A stretch of 63,906 nucleotides of DNA, counting the filler, from a bacterium (GTDB lineage Bacteria; JADJOY01): the NCBI GenBank assembly GCA_046331705.1. It is 4 parts of 4 records of this genome, joined end to end, with 100 filler letters (N's around TTAATTAATTAA, not from the genome) between each part and the next. Parts side by side here need not be neighbours in the genome. Positions count along the whole stretch, not along the records: positions 1 to 17,734 come from JAXLQJ010000095.1; 3 more parts are not named here. One strand, given 5' to 3'. The notes below the pieces were generated by a model, which was not told where the DNA came from, searched no databases, and saw nothing but the letters and a program-made list of their open reading frames with translations. Made by a program: the position numbers and the translations under genes. Below, piece by piece: positions 1 to 10,233 of the stretch; within the stretch, counting starts at the first letter, position 1; each line of letters opens with the position of its first letter.

Positions 1-231
1 TCGTTTCCCATACCTGCGGCGCGACGAGCGTCGCGGGACCCGCCGCCTGGGCGCGCGGCGGCGCCCGCTCGTGCGCGGCGGCTGCTTCCGTCCCGGGGGG
101 CTCGCACGCATCGCGGCGCCCGACCGCGAATCTCGCGCCGCGCCGCTGCTGTCCGGTAGCGTACCGCTGGGCTAGGCTCGCTCGCCCGGCTCATCCGGCC
201 TTCGCTCGCCCTCGCCTCGCGCAGCCGCACG

Positions 232-1536
232 GTGCCCACAGCGTCCCTCGCATCCGGCCTTCCATCGTCGCGGTCGCGATTGCGCGTGGCGATGGTGATC
301 CAGCGGTTTCGGCCGTATTTCTCGGGACAAGGCGTGCAGCTCGAGTCGCTCTGCCAGGCGCTGGCGCGGCAGGGGGTGACGAGCACGATCGTGACGGCGC
401 GGCGCGCGGTCGGCGGACCGACGGAGGGCCGCGATACGCCAGCGCTCGAGGACGCGGACGGTTATCGCGTGGTGCGGCTGCGTTGCGACGTTCCCGGGCT
501 CGCGTTCACGGGTCGCGCGACGCGCTGGTGGACGCCGATCTTCGGGTTTCGCACCGAACGCGCGCTTCGGCGCCTGGCGCCGGACATCGACCTCATCCAC
601 GTCCACGGACTCACGGACGGCCTCTTCGGCGCGTGGCGCGCGGCCCGCCGCCACGACCAGCCCATCCTGTTCGAGATGACGCTGCTCGGCACCGACGATC
701 CCGTCGCCGTGAGCGAGAAGCGTCAGCTCTTCCAGCACTGGCGCGAGTCGATCTACCGACGCTGCGACGGCTACGTGGCCATGTCCGAAGCGCTGGCGCG
801 GCGCTATCGCGAATCCGGATTGCCGGAGCAGCGGCTGCGCGTGATCGCGCAAGGCGTCGACACGCGCCGCTACGCGCCCGCCGACGATCGCGCGGAGAGC
901 CGCCGCCAGCTCGGCCTTCCAGGCGACGGACCGCTCGTGGCGTTCGTCGGATCGCTGATCGAGCGCAAAGGCATCGACGTGCTGCTCGCGGCCTGGGAGC
1001 GGATCCACGCGGCCGAGCCGACGGCGCGGCTCCTGCTGGTGGGCAAGGATCGCTTCCCCGACGACCCGGCCGCCGAGCGCGCGCTCGACACGGCGTCGGC
1101 GCGGTTGAGCGCCGGCGCTCGCGAGCGGGTGGTTCGCACCGGGCTCACCCCAGACCCGAGCGCCCACCTTCGCGCCGCGGACGTCTTCGTCTTCCCGTCG
1201 CGACGCGAGGGCTTCGGCAGCGTCATCATCGAGGCGATGGCCTGCGCGCTGCCCTGCGTGGTCGCCGACCTGCCCGGCATCACCGACACGATCTTCGCCG
1301 AGGCCGCCGGGCTCGCGGCGGAGGTGACACCCGGCTGCGACGGCTTCGTCGTTCCCCAGGCTGCGCCCGCCGCCCTCGCCGATCGTGCCCTCGCGCTGAT
1401 CCGTTCGCCCGAGCTTCGCCGCGCCGTCGGCGCGCGGGCCCGGGCTCGCGCGCTCAGCGAGTTCGACCTCGATCGAATCGCCGCCGCGTACGTCGAGTGG
1501 TACCACGCTTGTCTCGCCATGCCCCGCGCCCGATGA
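232..1536 (+). CDS. GT4-family glycosyltransferase
   Basis: GT-B motifs FVGSLIERKG and FVFPSRREGFGSVIIEAMA (E-x7-E). The start is uncertain (GTG 232). The stop overlaps the next ATG (ATGA). Confidence 0.9.
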   Translation: MPTASLASGLPSSRSRLRVAMVIQRFRPYFSGQGVQLESLCQALARQGVTSTIVTARRAVGGPTEGRDTPALEDADGYRVVRLRCDVPGLAFTGRATRWWTPIFGFRTERALRRLAPDIDLIHVHGLTDGLFGAWRAARRHDQPILFEMTLLGTDDPVAVSEKRQLFQHWRESIYRRCDGYVAMSEALARRYRESGLPEQRLRVIAQGVDTRRYAPADDRAESRRQLGLPGDGPLVAFVGSLIERKGIDVLLAAWERIHAAEPTARLLLVGKDRFPDDPAAERALDTASARLSAGARERVVRTGLTPDPSAHLRAADVFVFPSRREGFGSVIIEAMACALPCVVADLPGITDTIFAEAAGLAAEVTPGCDGFVVPQAAPAALADRALALIRSPELRRAVGARARARALSEFDLDRIAAAYVEWYHACLAMPRAR

Positions 1537-3131
1537 GCGACGTCGCACCCACCTCGCCGCGCGCGCCGGGCTCGGCGGCACCTTCGCTCACGCAGCGCGT
1601 GTCGCGCTCGGTGTTCTGGAACGCCGTGCTGGTGCCGATCGCGTTCGTGCTCAGCACCGTGATGTCGATCCTGGTGCGGCGCGCCTTCGGCCTCGGCTCC
1701 GGCGTGTACGACGTGGTGAGCGGATTGGTGGGCTCGGTGCTGCTCTACTCGAGCCTCGGCCTGTCCACGGCGCTCACCAAGTTCCTGCCCGAGCTCGAGG
1801 TCTCGCGCGGGCGGGCGGCGGTGATCGCGTTCCTCGCCCGCACGGCGCTGGCGCGCGCGCTGGTGCTGGCCGTGGTGCTGGTTCCGATCAACGTGGCGGC
1901 CGAGCCGGTGGCGGCGATGCTGAACCTGGGTGCCCAAGGCGCGCTGCTCTTGCGGCTCGCCACCGCGATGGTGCTCGCGCGGGCGTTGCTGGAGATGGGC
2001 ATCAAGACCCTCAACGCGTTCCTGGCACAGCGCGAGGCCAACCTGCTCACGCTCGTCCAATCGCTCACCGATCCGGCGTTCATCGGCATCGCCATCGGCG
2101 CCGGGCTCGGGATCCCCGGGGTGATCGCCGCCTTGGCGGCGTCGAGCGCGCTGGTGGCGATCGCCGCGGCGGGCTTCTCGCTGCGGATCATTCGGCGGCT
2201 CGCGCCGGAGCCCAAGGCGGGCTCCGCGGCGGGGATCGGCGGCTCCGTCTCGCTCTCGGCGGGGCTCGTCGATCTGCTGCGCTTCGCGTCGTTCACCTAC
2301 GTCTACGAGCTCTCGCTCTACTTCGCCGGGCCCGCGTTCGCGTGCCCGGCGCTCTCGATGGTGCTCGGCGACGCGCAGCAGGTGGCGCTCTTCTCCACCG
2401 GCTTCTACGTGGCGTTCAACCTGGTGGGCCTGGTGGTGGCGGGCTTTCGTGGCGTCTACCGGCCGATGTTCGCGCACCTGCGCGCCACGGGCGATCCCGA
2501 GCGGATGCGCGCCGCGTTCGCCGCCGTCAGCAAGGCGCAAGTGGTGATGCTCTTGCCGGTGGGCGTGGGACTCTTCGTCATGTCCGCGGACTACCTCCCG
2601 CTGCTCTACGGCCAGCCGTTCGCCGCGGGGGTCTGGACGACGCGGCTGCTGGTGGCGACGCTCTTCACGGAGACCGCGTTCAACCTGGGTCTGATCGTGC
2701 TCTCGATCGACGAGCGTTACCGGGCCGTGCTGGTCTCGCAGCTCTGGCTGGTGGCGGCCGCGCCGGTCTTCCTGGTGGCGGCGCGCGTCGGCGGCGTCGC
2801 CGCGGGTGCGGTGGTGCTCGGTCTGGCGCGAGTGGCCGCGGTCCTCAGCGGCTATCGCATCTGCAGGCGCGAGTACCGGATGGAGTTCCCGTGGGAGTTC
2901 ACGCGCCGCGTGGGCTACGCGACCGCGACCATGGCGGTGGTGCTGGTCGCGGGACGCGCCGCGTGGCGCACCTCGGTTGCCGAGGCGCTCGCCCTGACCG
3001 CGCTCGGCGCAGCGGTCTTCGCGGTCGCGCTGCGCGGCACGCGCGCCATCGGACCCGAGGAACGCTCGCTGCTCGAGCGCGCCCGACTGCCGGGCGGCAA
3101 GCTCTTCGTGCGCTGGCTGGTGCCGACGTGA
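1533..3131 (+). CDS. Wzx/MATE-like oligosaccharide flippase (polysaccharide biosynthesis protein)
   Basis: ATG at 1533 overlaps the upstream stop. About 12-14 hydrophobic segments. N-terminal SLTQRVSRSVFWN and LGLSTALTKFLPE are typical of Polysacc_synt proteins. Confidence 0.8.
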   Translation: MSDVAPTSPRAPGSAAPSLTQRVSRSVFWNAVLVPIAFVLSTVMSILVRRAFGLGSGVYDVVSGLVGSVLLYSSLGLSTALTKFLPELEVSRGRAAVIAFLARTALARALVLAVVLVPINVAAEPVAAMLNLGAQGALLLRLATAMVLARALLEMGIKTLNAFLAQREANLLTLVQSLTDPAFIGIAIGAGLGIPGVIAALAASSALVAIAAAGFSLRIIRRLAPEPKAGSAAGIGGSVSLSAGLVDLLRFASFTYVYELSLYFAGPAFACPALSMVLGDAQQVALFSTGFYVAFNLVGLVVAGFRGVYRPMFAHLRATGDPERMRAAFAAVSKAQVVMLLPVGVGLFVMSADYLPLLYGQPFAAGVWTTRLLVATLFTETAFNLGLIVLSIDERYRAVLVSQLWLVAAAPVFLVAARVGGVAAGAVVLGLARVAAVLSGYRICRREYRMEFPWEFTRRVGYATATMAVVLVAGRAAWRTSVAEALALTALGAAVFAVALRGTRAIGPEERSLLERARLPGGKLFVRWLVPT

Positions 3132-4359
3132 GCCCCCCGCAGCCGCGCATCCTCATGTACATGCCCGGGCTTCGCCCTGGCTCGCTCGGCTGGCAGGTCC
3201 ATCTCGACTTCGCGGCCGCCATGCGCGCGCGCGGCGCGAGCTTCGAGATGCTGACCAACGGCGAGCGCGACGGTCTCGCCGCGCCGACGGGCGAGTTGCG
3301 CGTCGCGCGACCCGATCCCCGGTGGCGATGGCTGAGCCCCCGCCTCGCGCCGCTCACGCGCACGCGCGAGCTCCTCGGCTGGGCCTCCGCGCTGGCGCGC
3401 TACCTGCGTCTGGTCGGCCACGAGGTCGATCTCCTTCACGTCGAGGTGGCGTATCCACACGGCGCGGCCGCGCGCTTGGGTGCCCGCATGGCGGGCTGGC
3501 GCGGACCGATCGTCATCACGCCGATGGGCGAGGACGTGCTCGTGCTGCCCGAGGCTCACTACGGGTTCCGTCGCCACCTCGTGCCACGCCTGCTGGTCGG
3601 CGAGGCACTGCGCGGCGCCGCGGCGCTGCGCTGCATCTCGGGATTGGCGCTCGGCGCGATTCGCTCCGTCGCGCCGCACGCGCGCTGCGAGGTGATCCCG
3701 CTCAACGTCGCCGACGACACGCTGCGCGCGCTGGATCCCGACCCACGGGCGACCGCCGCCAGACGGCGCGAGGCACGCGCCGCGCTCGCCAGCGAGCTCG
3801 GCTCCGGCGAAGCTCCGCTGGTCCTCGCCCTCGGCCGACTGCATCCGTTCAAGGGAATCGCCGTCCTCGTCGAAGCGATGCGCGCCACGCGCCCGGACGC
3901 GGAGCTGCTCTTGGTGGGGCCGTCGCTCGCATCGAAGGAGCTCGGCGACCACGCGCAGACGTTGCTCGCGCGCGCGCGGGAGCTCGGAGTGGAATCGCGG
4001 CTGCGCTGGCTCGGCGCCGTCGAGCCCGCGCGCGCGCTCGCGCTGCTGCGGGCGGCCGACGTGCTGGTGGTGCCGTCGCTGCTCGAGTCGCTCAACAAGG
4101 TCTGCGTCGAGGCGGCGGCGGTGGGCACGCCGTTCGTGGTGACCTCGACCACCGGCATCGCCGAATGGGTGCCGCCCAGCGGCGTGGGCCTGGTGGTGCC
4201 GCCAGGCGATCCGGCGACGCTCGCGGCGACGATCGATCAGGTCCTCGACGGCGGCTTCGTCGTGGACGGCGCCGCGCAGCGCGGCTTCGTCGAGCGCTTC
4301 GCGCCCGCGCGCGTCGCCGCCGAGGTGCTGCGCTTCTACGCGGGGTGCTGCGGCGATGA
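3128..4359 (+). CDS. GT4-family glycosyltransferase with apparent 1-nt frameshift near its 3' end
   Basis: GTG at 3128 overlaps the flippase stop. Motifs LGRLHPFKG and VPSLLESLNKVCVEAAA are present. As written the frame runs to 5575, but adding one base near the G run at 4342-4345 gives a TGA at 4357-4359 overlapping the next ATG. Confidence 0.8.
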
Positions 4360-6494
4360 GCGCAGCCAGCGCGCTCACCTTGCTCGTGATCGTCGGCTAT
4401 CCGGCGTGGGCGTTCGCGCGCGGCGCGCGGGCGTGCGGAATCGCTCACCACGGCGCCCAGCGCGCGTCCGCCGCCGTGGTCGGGATCGCCCTGGCGGTGA
4501 TCGTGTTGACCGCCTGTGCCTCGCTCGGCGCGCCGCCGGCGCGGGGCCTGGCCGGCCACGCCGCGGTGGTCATCGCCGCCACGATCGCGGCACTCGCCGG
4601 CCAAGCCGGCAACGCGCGCGCCGAACACGGCGGCGAGGCGGGCCGCGAGCGCATCGCGCTCGCGCTCGCCTCGTTGCTCTTCGCGGCGCTGGTCGCGATC
4701 CCGTTCTCGCCCTTCGGCTGGATCCGCGCCGACGGCATCCATCGCATGGGAATGACCGATTGGATGAAGCATCTGGTGGTCACGACCGCGCTCGGCGCAG
4801 CGCAGGACTTCCCTCCCGCCAACCCGTTCCTCGCTGCGAGCGGACGCGCTCCCTACTACTACGGATTCCACCTGCTCGCCGCCGCGATCGCGCGTGCCGC
4901 CGCCACCGGCGACGGCCCCTTCCCGGCGCTCTTCGCCTTGACCCTGGTGACCGCCGCGCTGGTGCCGCCCGTGCTCTTCACGGTGGCGCTCGGCCTCGGC
5001 TGCTCGCGGCGCACGGCGCTGCGCGCGGCGCTGCTCGGCACCTTCGTCGGCGGTTTCGATCTGGTGCCGCAGGCGCTGCGCTCGATCGCCGACGTCGCGC
5101 ACGCCTGGCCGCTGCCGCACGGCTTCGCGGCGCTGCGAGCGATCGTGCCGTCGACGCACGTGGATTCGTGGCTCCACCACGACGAGCGCCAGTTCAACGC
5201 GCCCTACGTGGCGACGATCTGGGCGCCCCAGCACGTGCTCGCGGCGCTCGTGGCGCTCGTCGCCATCCACTGGCTTCGCCCTCGCGACGAGCCCGGCCCG
5301 CGCCGGCTGCGCCTCGCGACGTACGGCGGTGCGGCGCTGCTCTTGGGCGCTCTCCCCGCGATCTCCGCCTACGTGGCCCTCGGGACCGCGTTCGGCGCGC
5401 TCACCGCGCTCGCCGTGGAGAGCCTCGCGACTCGGTCGCGGCCGTGGACCACCGCGACCTTCCGGCACTGGGCGGCGGTCGCGCCGCTGGCCGCAGTCGC
5501 GGCGCTGCCGGGACTCGCCGCGCTTCGCGGCGCCGCCGGCGGCGGCCTCGTCGTCCACGTATCCGCAGCCGGTGACTGGCGAAACGGTGCGCTCTTCACC
5601 GCGCTGCTGGGTGACGGGACGCTGAGCCGCGTCCTCGACACTCCCGCGGTGTTGCTGGTGGAGCTCGGGCTGGTGGGAATCCTCGCCGCCTGGCAGATGC
5701 GGGCGACGCTGCGCACGCGCGACGCGAACGTCCACTCGGGCGCGCGACTCGCGCGCATCCAAGCGATCGGCTTCGTCGCAGGCATCGTGGGCCTGGTGAC
5801 TTTCGTGCGTCCGCCGGTCGGCGGCCCCAACAATCTCTACGCGCGGCCGATGCTGGTGGTGTGGGGCTTGCTGGCGCCGTTCGCGGCGCTGGCGCTCGAG
5901 CGCGCGTGGTCGCCGAAGCGCACCCGGACGTGGCTCGTCGCCGCCGCCTTGCCGTGCGTGCTCTACGTCCCCTACGCCGTCGTGGGCGCAACGCTCGAAG
6001 GCGCGCTCTTCTGGGCGGCACCGCGCGAGCTACGCGCCGCGACCACGGCGATCGACGCGTCGAGCCCGCCGGCGACGGAAGTGGCCATCGAGCCGGCGGT
6101 GCTCGACACGCCGTTCGCGTACTGGCTGAACCGCCGGCTGGTGATCGGCGAGCGCAGACACGCGCTCCTCTTCGGCGGCACGGCCGAGCGCTACGACGCG
6201 ACGGCCCGCGCGGTCACGGCGATGGCGGAGGCCGCGCGCGGCGGGAGGCCGTGCCTGGCGCCGTCCTACGCGCGCTTCCCTCCCCGCGCGCTGGTGCTGC
6301 GCGCGCGGAGCGCGCCATCCGCCAGCCAGCGAATCGAGGCACCCTGGCTCGGCGATCCCGCGACGCTCGATTGCTTCGAGCGCGTGTCGGCGACGAGCCG
6401 CTACGAGGTGTGGGTCAACGAGCGCGCCCTCGCCGCCATCCCGGCGCTCGGGCGCGCGCCTGCGACGGCGCTTTCTCCCGCACCGCCCAAGTGA
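4356..6494 (+). CDS. Polytopic membrane protein, GT-C-like (YYY/DUF2298-like motif)
   Basis: Many TM segments, motif PPANPFLA...PYYYGFH in an early loop, soluble C-terminal domain, and location in a glycosylation operon. Confidence 0.65.
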   Translation: MSAASALTLLVIVGYPAWAFARGARACGIAHHGAQRASAAVVGIALAVIVLTACASLGAPPARGLAGHAAVVIAATIAALAGQAGNARAEHGGEAGRERIALALASLLFAALVAIPFSPFGWIRADGIHRMGMTDWMKHLVVTTALGAAQDFPPANPFLAASGRAPYYYGFHLLAAAIARAAATGDGPFPALFALTLVTAALVPPVLFTVALGLGCSRRTALRAALLGTFVGGFDLVPQALRSIADVAHAWPLPHGFAALRAIVPSTHVDSWLHHDERQFNAPYVATIWAPQHVLAALVALVAIHWLRPRDEPGPRRLRLATYGGAALLLGALPAISAYVALGTAFGALTALAVESLATRSRPWTTATFRHWAAVAPLAAVAALPGLAALRGAAGGGLVVHVSAAGDWRNGALFTALLGDGTLSRVLDTPAVLLVELGLVGILAAWQMRATLRTRDANVHSGARLARIQAIGFVAGIVGLVTFVRPPVGGPNNLYARPMLVVWGLLAPFAALALERAWSPKRTRTWLVAAALPCVLYVPYAVVGATLEGALFWAAPRELRAATTAIDASSPPATEVAIEPAVLDTPFAYWLNRRLVIGERRHALLFGGTAERYDATARAVTAMAEAARGGRPCLAPSYARFPPRALVLRARSAPSASQRIEAPWLGDPATLDCFERVSATSRYEVWVNERALAAIPALGRAPATALSPAPPK

Positions 6495-6524
6495 TAAGTA
6501 GCCGCGCTTCCGCCCCGACTCACC

Positions 6525-7457
6525 ATGGCCCCTCGACGCAAGACCGCCGCGACGCCAGCGCCCTCGCCCACCGACGTGACGGTGGTGATCCCCGCGTTCA
6601 ACGAGGAGCGCGCGGTGGGCGCCGTGGTGGAGGCGCTCGCACGCCTCGACGCCCATCCGCAGGTCTTGGTGGTCGACGATGGATCGAGCGACGGCACCGC
6701 GGAGCTGGCCACCGCCGCCGGCGCGCGCGTCATCCGACACGCCCGCAACCGCGGCTACGGCGCGGCCGTCAAGACCGGCGTCCGCCATGCGCGCACCCGC
6801 TACGTGCTGCTCTGCGACGCGGACGGCCAGCACCGCGCGGAGGACGTGGCCCGGCTCATCGAGGCGCGCCGCCCCGAGGCCATGATCGTCGGCGAGCGTG
6901 CCCGCGGCTCCCACCAGGTGGCGAGCCGAAAGCCCGGCAAGTGGCTGCTCACGAAGGTCGCGGAGACGATCGCCGGCGAGCCCATCCCGGACCTCAACTC
7001 CGGGCTTCGGATCTTCGATCGCGCGCTGGTGCAGCGGTTTCTCTACCTGCTGCCCGACGGCTTCTCCGCGTCCACCACCGTCACGCTGCTCTTCTACCGG
7101 CGCGGTTTCGACATCGCCTACGTGCCGATCCAGACCCAGGTGCGCGTCGGCACCAGCACCGTCCGGCCGATTCGTGACGGCCTGGCGACGCTCTACCTGA
7201 TCGTCAAGCTGGTGCTGGTGTTCAACCCGCTGCGGTTCTTCGTGCCGCCGGGGGCTTTCTTCCTGGTCGCGGGACTCACCCAGGGCACCTATCGCGCGCT
7301 GGTGAGTGGTCGCGGCTTCACGGTGGCGGGCTTGCTGCTCGCGGTCACGGGGCTTCTGACGCTGTTCTTCGGCATCCTCGCCGACCAGATCTCGACCCTG
7401 GCGGCGAATCTCGCCGAACGCGACCTGCCCGTCCCCCTCGACGACGAATCGTCGTGA
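6525..7457 (+). CDS. GT2 polyprenol-phosphate glycosyltransferase (DPM/GtrB-like) with 2 C-terminal TMs
   Basis: VVIPAFNEE, VVDDGSSDGT, NRGYGAA, DADGQH, DLNSGLR and C-terminal hydrophobic helices. Confidence 0.9.
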   Translation: MAPRRKTAATPAPSPTDVTVVIPAFNEERAVGAVVEALARLDAHPQVLVVDDGSSDGTAELATAAGARVIRHARNRGYGAAVKTGVRHARTRYVLLCDADGQHRAEDVARLIEARRPEAMIVGERARGSHQVASRKPGKWLLTKVAETIAGEPIPDLNSGLRIFDRALVQRFLYLLPDGFSASTTVTLLFYRRGFDIAYVPIQTQVRVGTSTVRPIRDGLATLYLIVKLVLVFNPLRFFVPPGAFFLVAGLTQGTYRALVSGRGFTVAGLLLAVTGLLTLFFGILADQISTLAANLAERDLPVPLDDESS

Positions 7458-8422
7458 CCACCCACGCCGCTCGACCGGCGCGGCGGCGCTCGAAGGGGAT
7501 CGTCACCGCGCTCGCGCTCGTCGCCTGCATCGCCGGCGCGGTCGTCTACCTCGCGCCCCGGATCACCGAGTTCGCGGCCCAGAAGCCGCGCATCGAGCCG
7601 CTCGCCATCGCATTCGCGGTGCTCGGCTACGGAGTCTTCGCCTGGGCCAGCGCGCGCCAGATGCGTGCCTGCCTGGAAGCGCTGGGCGCCACCACGCGCC
7701 ATCCCTACGCCGTCTTCACGATGGCGACCCTCGGCAAGTACCTGCCCACCAAGGCGATGGTGCCGGTGCTGCGGGCGCGTCTCACCTCCCACGAGGGTGC
7801 CAGCGCCACCACGGTGGTGACGGCGCTCGGCCTCGAGTTCGTGATCGGCGCGGCGATCGGCACCTGGCTCGGCCTGACGCTGAGCGCGGAGCCGATCTTC
7901 GGGCTCGGCCACGGCACCGCGGTGGCCATCGGCGTGATGGGCCCGCTGCTCTTCGCGTTCGCGCGCCGACCCGCCGTGTTGCGCGCGGTTCGTGCCGTCG
8001 TCGAGGTGGTGCTGGCTCGCGTGCCGGGGGCCGCGCGCGTCATGCCCGCGTTCGAGCCGGCGCACGCCGTCCGCGCCGCCGCGTGGGCGACGCTCGCGTG
8101 GATCGCCGGCGGTGCATCCTTCGCCGCGAGCTTCCACGCGCTCGGCGGCGGGCACGGCTTCGAGCTGCCGATCGGCGGCGCTTTCGCGCTCGCCTCGATG
8201 ATCGGCTACGTCGCGTTCGTGGTCCCCGCCGGGCTCGGTGTCCGCGAGGCGAGCCTGATCGGCCTGCTTGCGCCTCACCTCGGCGCGCCGATCGTCGCGT
8301 CCGCCGTGCTCGCCCACCGAGTCCTCGGGACGCTCACCGAGCTCGCCGCCGGTGGCCTCTCGGCGCTCTGGCTCGCGCACCGCGGGCGCCGCGCCGCGGC
8401 CGCTCGCGCGGCGGCGGACTGA
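7454..8422 (+). CDS. Lysylphosphatidylglycerol-synthase TM domain / flippase-like membrane protein
   Basis: LGKYLP and PAGLGVRE motifs, about 8 TMs, GTGA overlap with the GT2. Confidence 0.8.
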   Translation: MTTHAARPARRRSKGIVTALALVACIAGAVVYLAPRITEFAAQKPRIEPLAIAFAVLGYGVFAWASARQMRACLEALGATTRHPYAVFTMATLGKYLPTKAMVPVLRARLTSHEGASATTVVTALGLEFVIGAAIGTWLGLTLSAEPIFGLGHGTAVAIGVMGPLLFAFARRPAVLRAVRAVVEVVLARVPGAARVMPAFEPAHAVRAAAWATLAWIAGGASFAASFHALGGGHGFELPIGGAFALASMIGYVAFVVPAGLGVREASLIGLLAPHLGAPIVASAVLAHRVLGTLTELAAGGLSALWLAHRGRRAAAARAAAD

Positions 8423-8529
8423 TACCTGGTGCCGGTGCTTGCGAGCGAGAGCCGACTCGGCCGTCAGGAAACGCCGCACCGCCGCACACCCGCCCGCTCG
8501 CACGGTCGCGCGGGGCGGCGCCACGTCGT

Positions 8530-9795
8530 TCAGGCGATCACGACCCGGTCGCGACCGGCGCGCTTGCCGTCGTAGAGCGCGCGATCGGCGCGGATGAGCA
8601 GCTCGCGCAGCCCTTCGGCGCCGACCACGAGCTGCGAGCCACCCACGGTGACGCTGCAGCTCGCGCCGCCGTCGTTCGCGTCGGTCGCTCCCGGCGCAGG
8701 CACCTCCCGCACCGCGAGCCTCAGCCGCTCGGCGAGCTCGCCCGCCGCGCGGGCGTCGGATTCCGGCAGGACCACCGCGAATTCCTCGCCGCCCAGACGA
8801 CCCACGAGGTCGCTGGCGCGCACGGAGGTGCGCAAGGCACGGCCGATCGCGCGCAGCACCCGGTCGCCCTCGACGTGGCCGTAGGTGTCGTTGACCCGCT
8901 TGAAGTGATCCACGTCCACGACCAGGAGCGAGAGCGGACGGCGGTAGCGCACGGCGCGCGCGACCTCGCTCTCGGCCAGCTCGAGCAAGCGCGCGCGGCT
9001 CGCGACCTCGGTGAGCGGATCGAAATACGCGAGCCGCGTGAGCGCGTGGCGCTGCTCGAAGTTCCGTTCGAGCAGCACGTAGAACGCGTGCCCCATGGCG
9101 GTGCCGAGCAGCGCGATCCCGAACGTCATGCCGACGAGATTGGTCACGAACGGCGCTTGCAGGTACTCGGGATGCGGGAGGAAGGCCGCCAGCAGCACCA
9201 CCGCCGCGGTCGCGAGCGAGAGCGCCAGCCGCGTGAGGACCGGCACCACGAAGAGCATCGTGGCGAGCGGGAACGTCATCCCGGTGTGGATCCACGGGCG
9301 ATCCGGCCCGCCGAGCATCCCCATCAAGCCGAACGTGACGGCCGAGAAGCCGAGCAGCATCCCCACCCCCACGCGGAAGGGCGAGCCGCGGCGGCGCGCG
9401 ATGCGGCGAAACGTCACGATCGCCACGACCGTCGTGGCGAGGAAGATCCCCCGCCACGCCGCGAAGATCGCGAGCCGCGCGTGATCGGCCCCGAAGATCC
9501 AGGGATCGAAGCCCCAGAACGCCAGATTGATCGCCAGACATGCCGCCGCGAAGCCGGCCCAGGTCACGGCCGTCATGTAGCGCGCGTAGTCCTCCCAGCG
9601 TTCGATCTCGCGGGGCTCACCGCCGAACGCGCGAAACCCGCGTTCGATGAGCTCGTGAGCCCGGCGGTTCCAGCGCGCCCAGCTCGCGGCTCCGGCCGCC
9701 GACGTGCCCGAGGCCGAGGACCCGCCCGCGTTGGCGTTCGCGCTCGATGCCGCATCCAAAGCGAGCGCGGGCGCGCCCGCGGCATTCTGGGTCAT
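8530..9795 (-). CDS. Membrane-anchored diguanylate cyclase (GGDEF)
   Basis: DPLT, DVDHFKRVNDTYGHVEGD, the RASD inhibitory site and GGEEF are present, with about 6 N-terminal TMs. Confidence 0.95.
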   Translation of the reverse strand: MTQNAAGAPALALDAASSANANAGGSSASGTSAAGAASWARWNRRAHELIERGFRAFGGEPREIERWEDYARYMTAVTWAGFAAACLAINLAFWGFDPWIFGADHARLAIFAAWRGIFLATTVVAIVTFRRIARRRGSPFRVGVGMLLGFSAVTFGLMGMLGGPDRPWIHTGMTFPLATMLFVVPVLTRLALSLATAAVVLLAAFLPHPEYLQAPFVTNLVGMTFGIALLGTAMGHAFYVLLERNFEQRHALTRLAYFDPLTEVASRARLLELAESEVARAVRYRRPLSLLVVDVDHFKRVNDTYGHVEGDRVLRAIGRALRTSVRASDLVGRLGGEEFAVVLPESDARAAGELAERLRLAVREVPAPGATDANDGGASCSVTVGGSQLVVGAEGLRELLIRADRALYDGKRAGRDRVVIA

Positions 9796-10233
9796 CGTGA
9801 GGCCCTCCCGAACGAAGGGTCGAATCCTGGCTCCGACACACGGCCGCGGCTACCGCGAGCGAGCGCTGCGAACGGGCCGGGCTCTGTCGACACCACGTCC
9901 AGCCGCCGCATGCGCCGTCGCTCGCGGTGCCCGTGCGGACCACGGCGGCGTTGGGCTGCACCCCGAGATCGTCGAGGAGCACCCGGCTCGGCTGCCGACG
10001 CGTCCTCCAGCGCAGTGTGCCGACTCGCCTCCTCGATCGCCGGTGGGCCCGCCGCCTCGACGGAGGTCACGAGCCGATCGTCGTCGGATCGCGCCCGGCG
10101 CGCCCTGCCCAGGCCGCGTCGATTGGCCGCCCGCTCGGCGATGCCAGGCGAGCGCCACGCTCGCATCCAGCGAGGCCTTCGAGAGCGACAGCGACTGCGT
10201 CGCCGCGAGCGCGCGACGGTCGATCCCGGCGGC

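Noticed and set aside
483-3131. Apparent N-terminal extensions or fusions in the ORF track (483-3131, 20396-23668, 25474-28053, 33839-35557, 34792-37416, 50671-53292)
   Set aside because: The extensions overlap upstream genes out of frame. The real starts are at stop/start overlaps or after Shine-Dalgarno sites.
9617-9982. Cys/Trp-containing ORF as a possible RiPP precursor
   Set aside because: It has no Shine-Dalgarno at a start codon, overlaps the cyclase gene out of frame, and has no modifying enzymes nearby.
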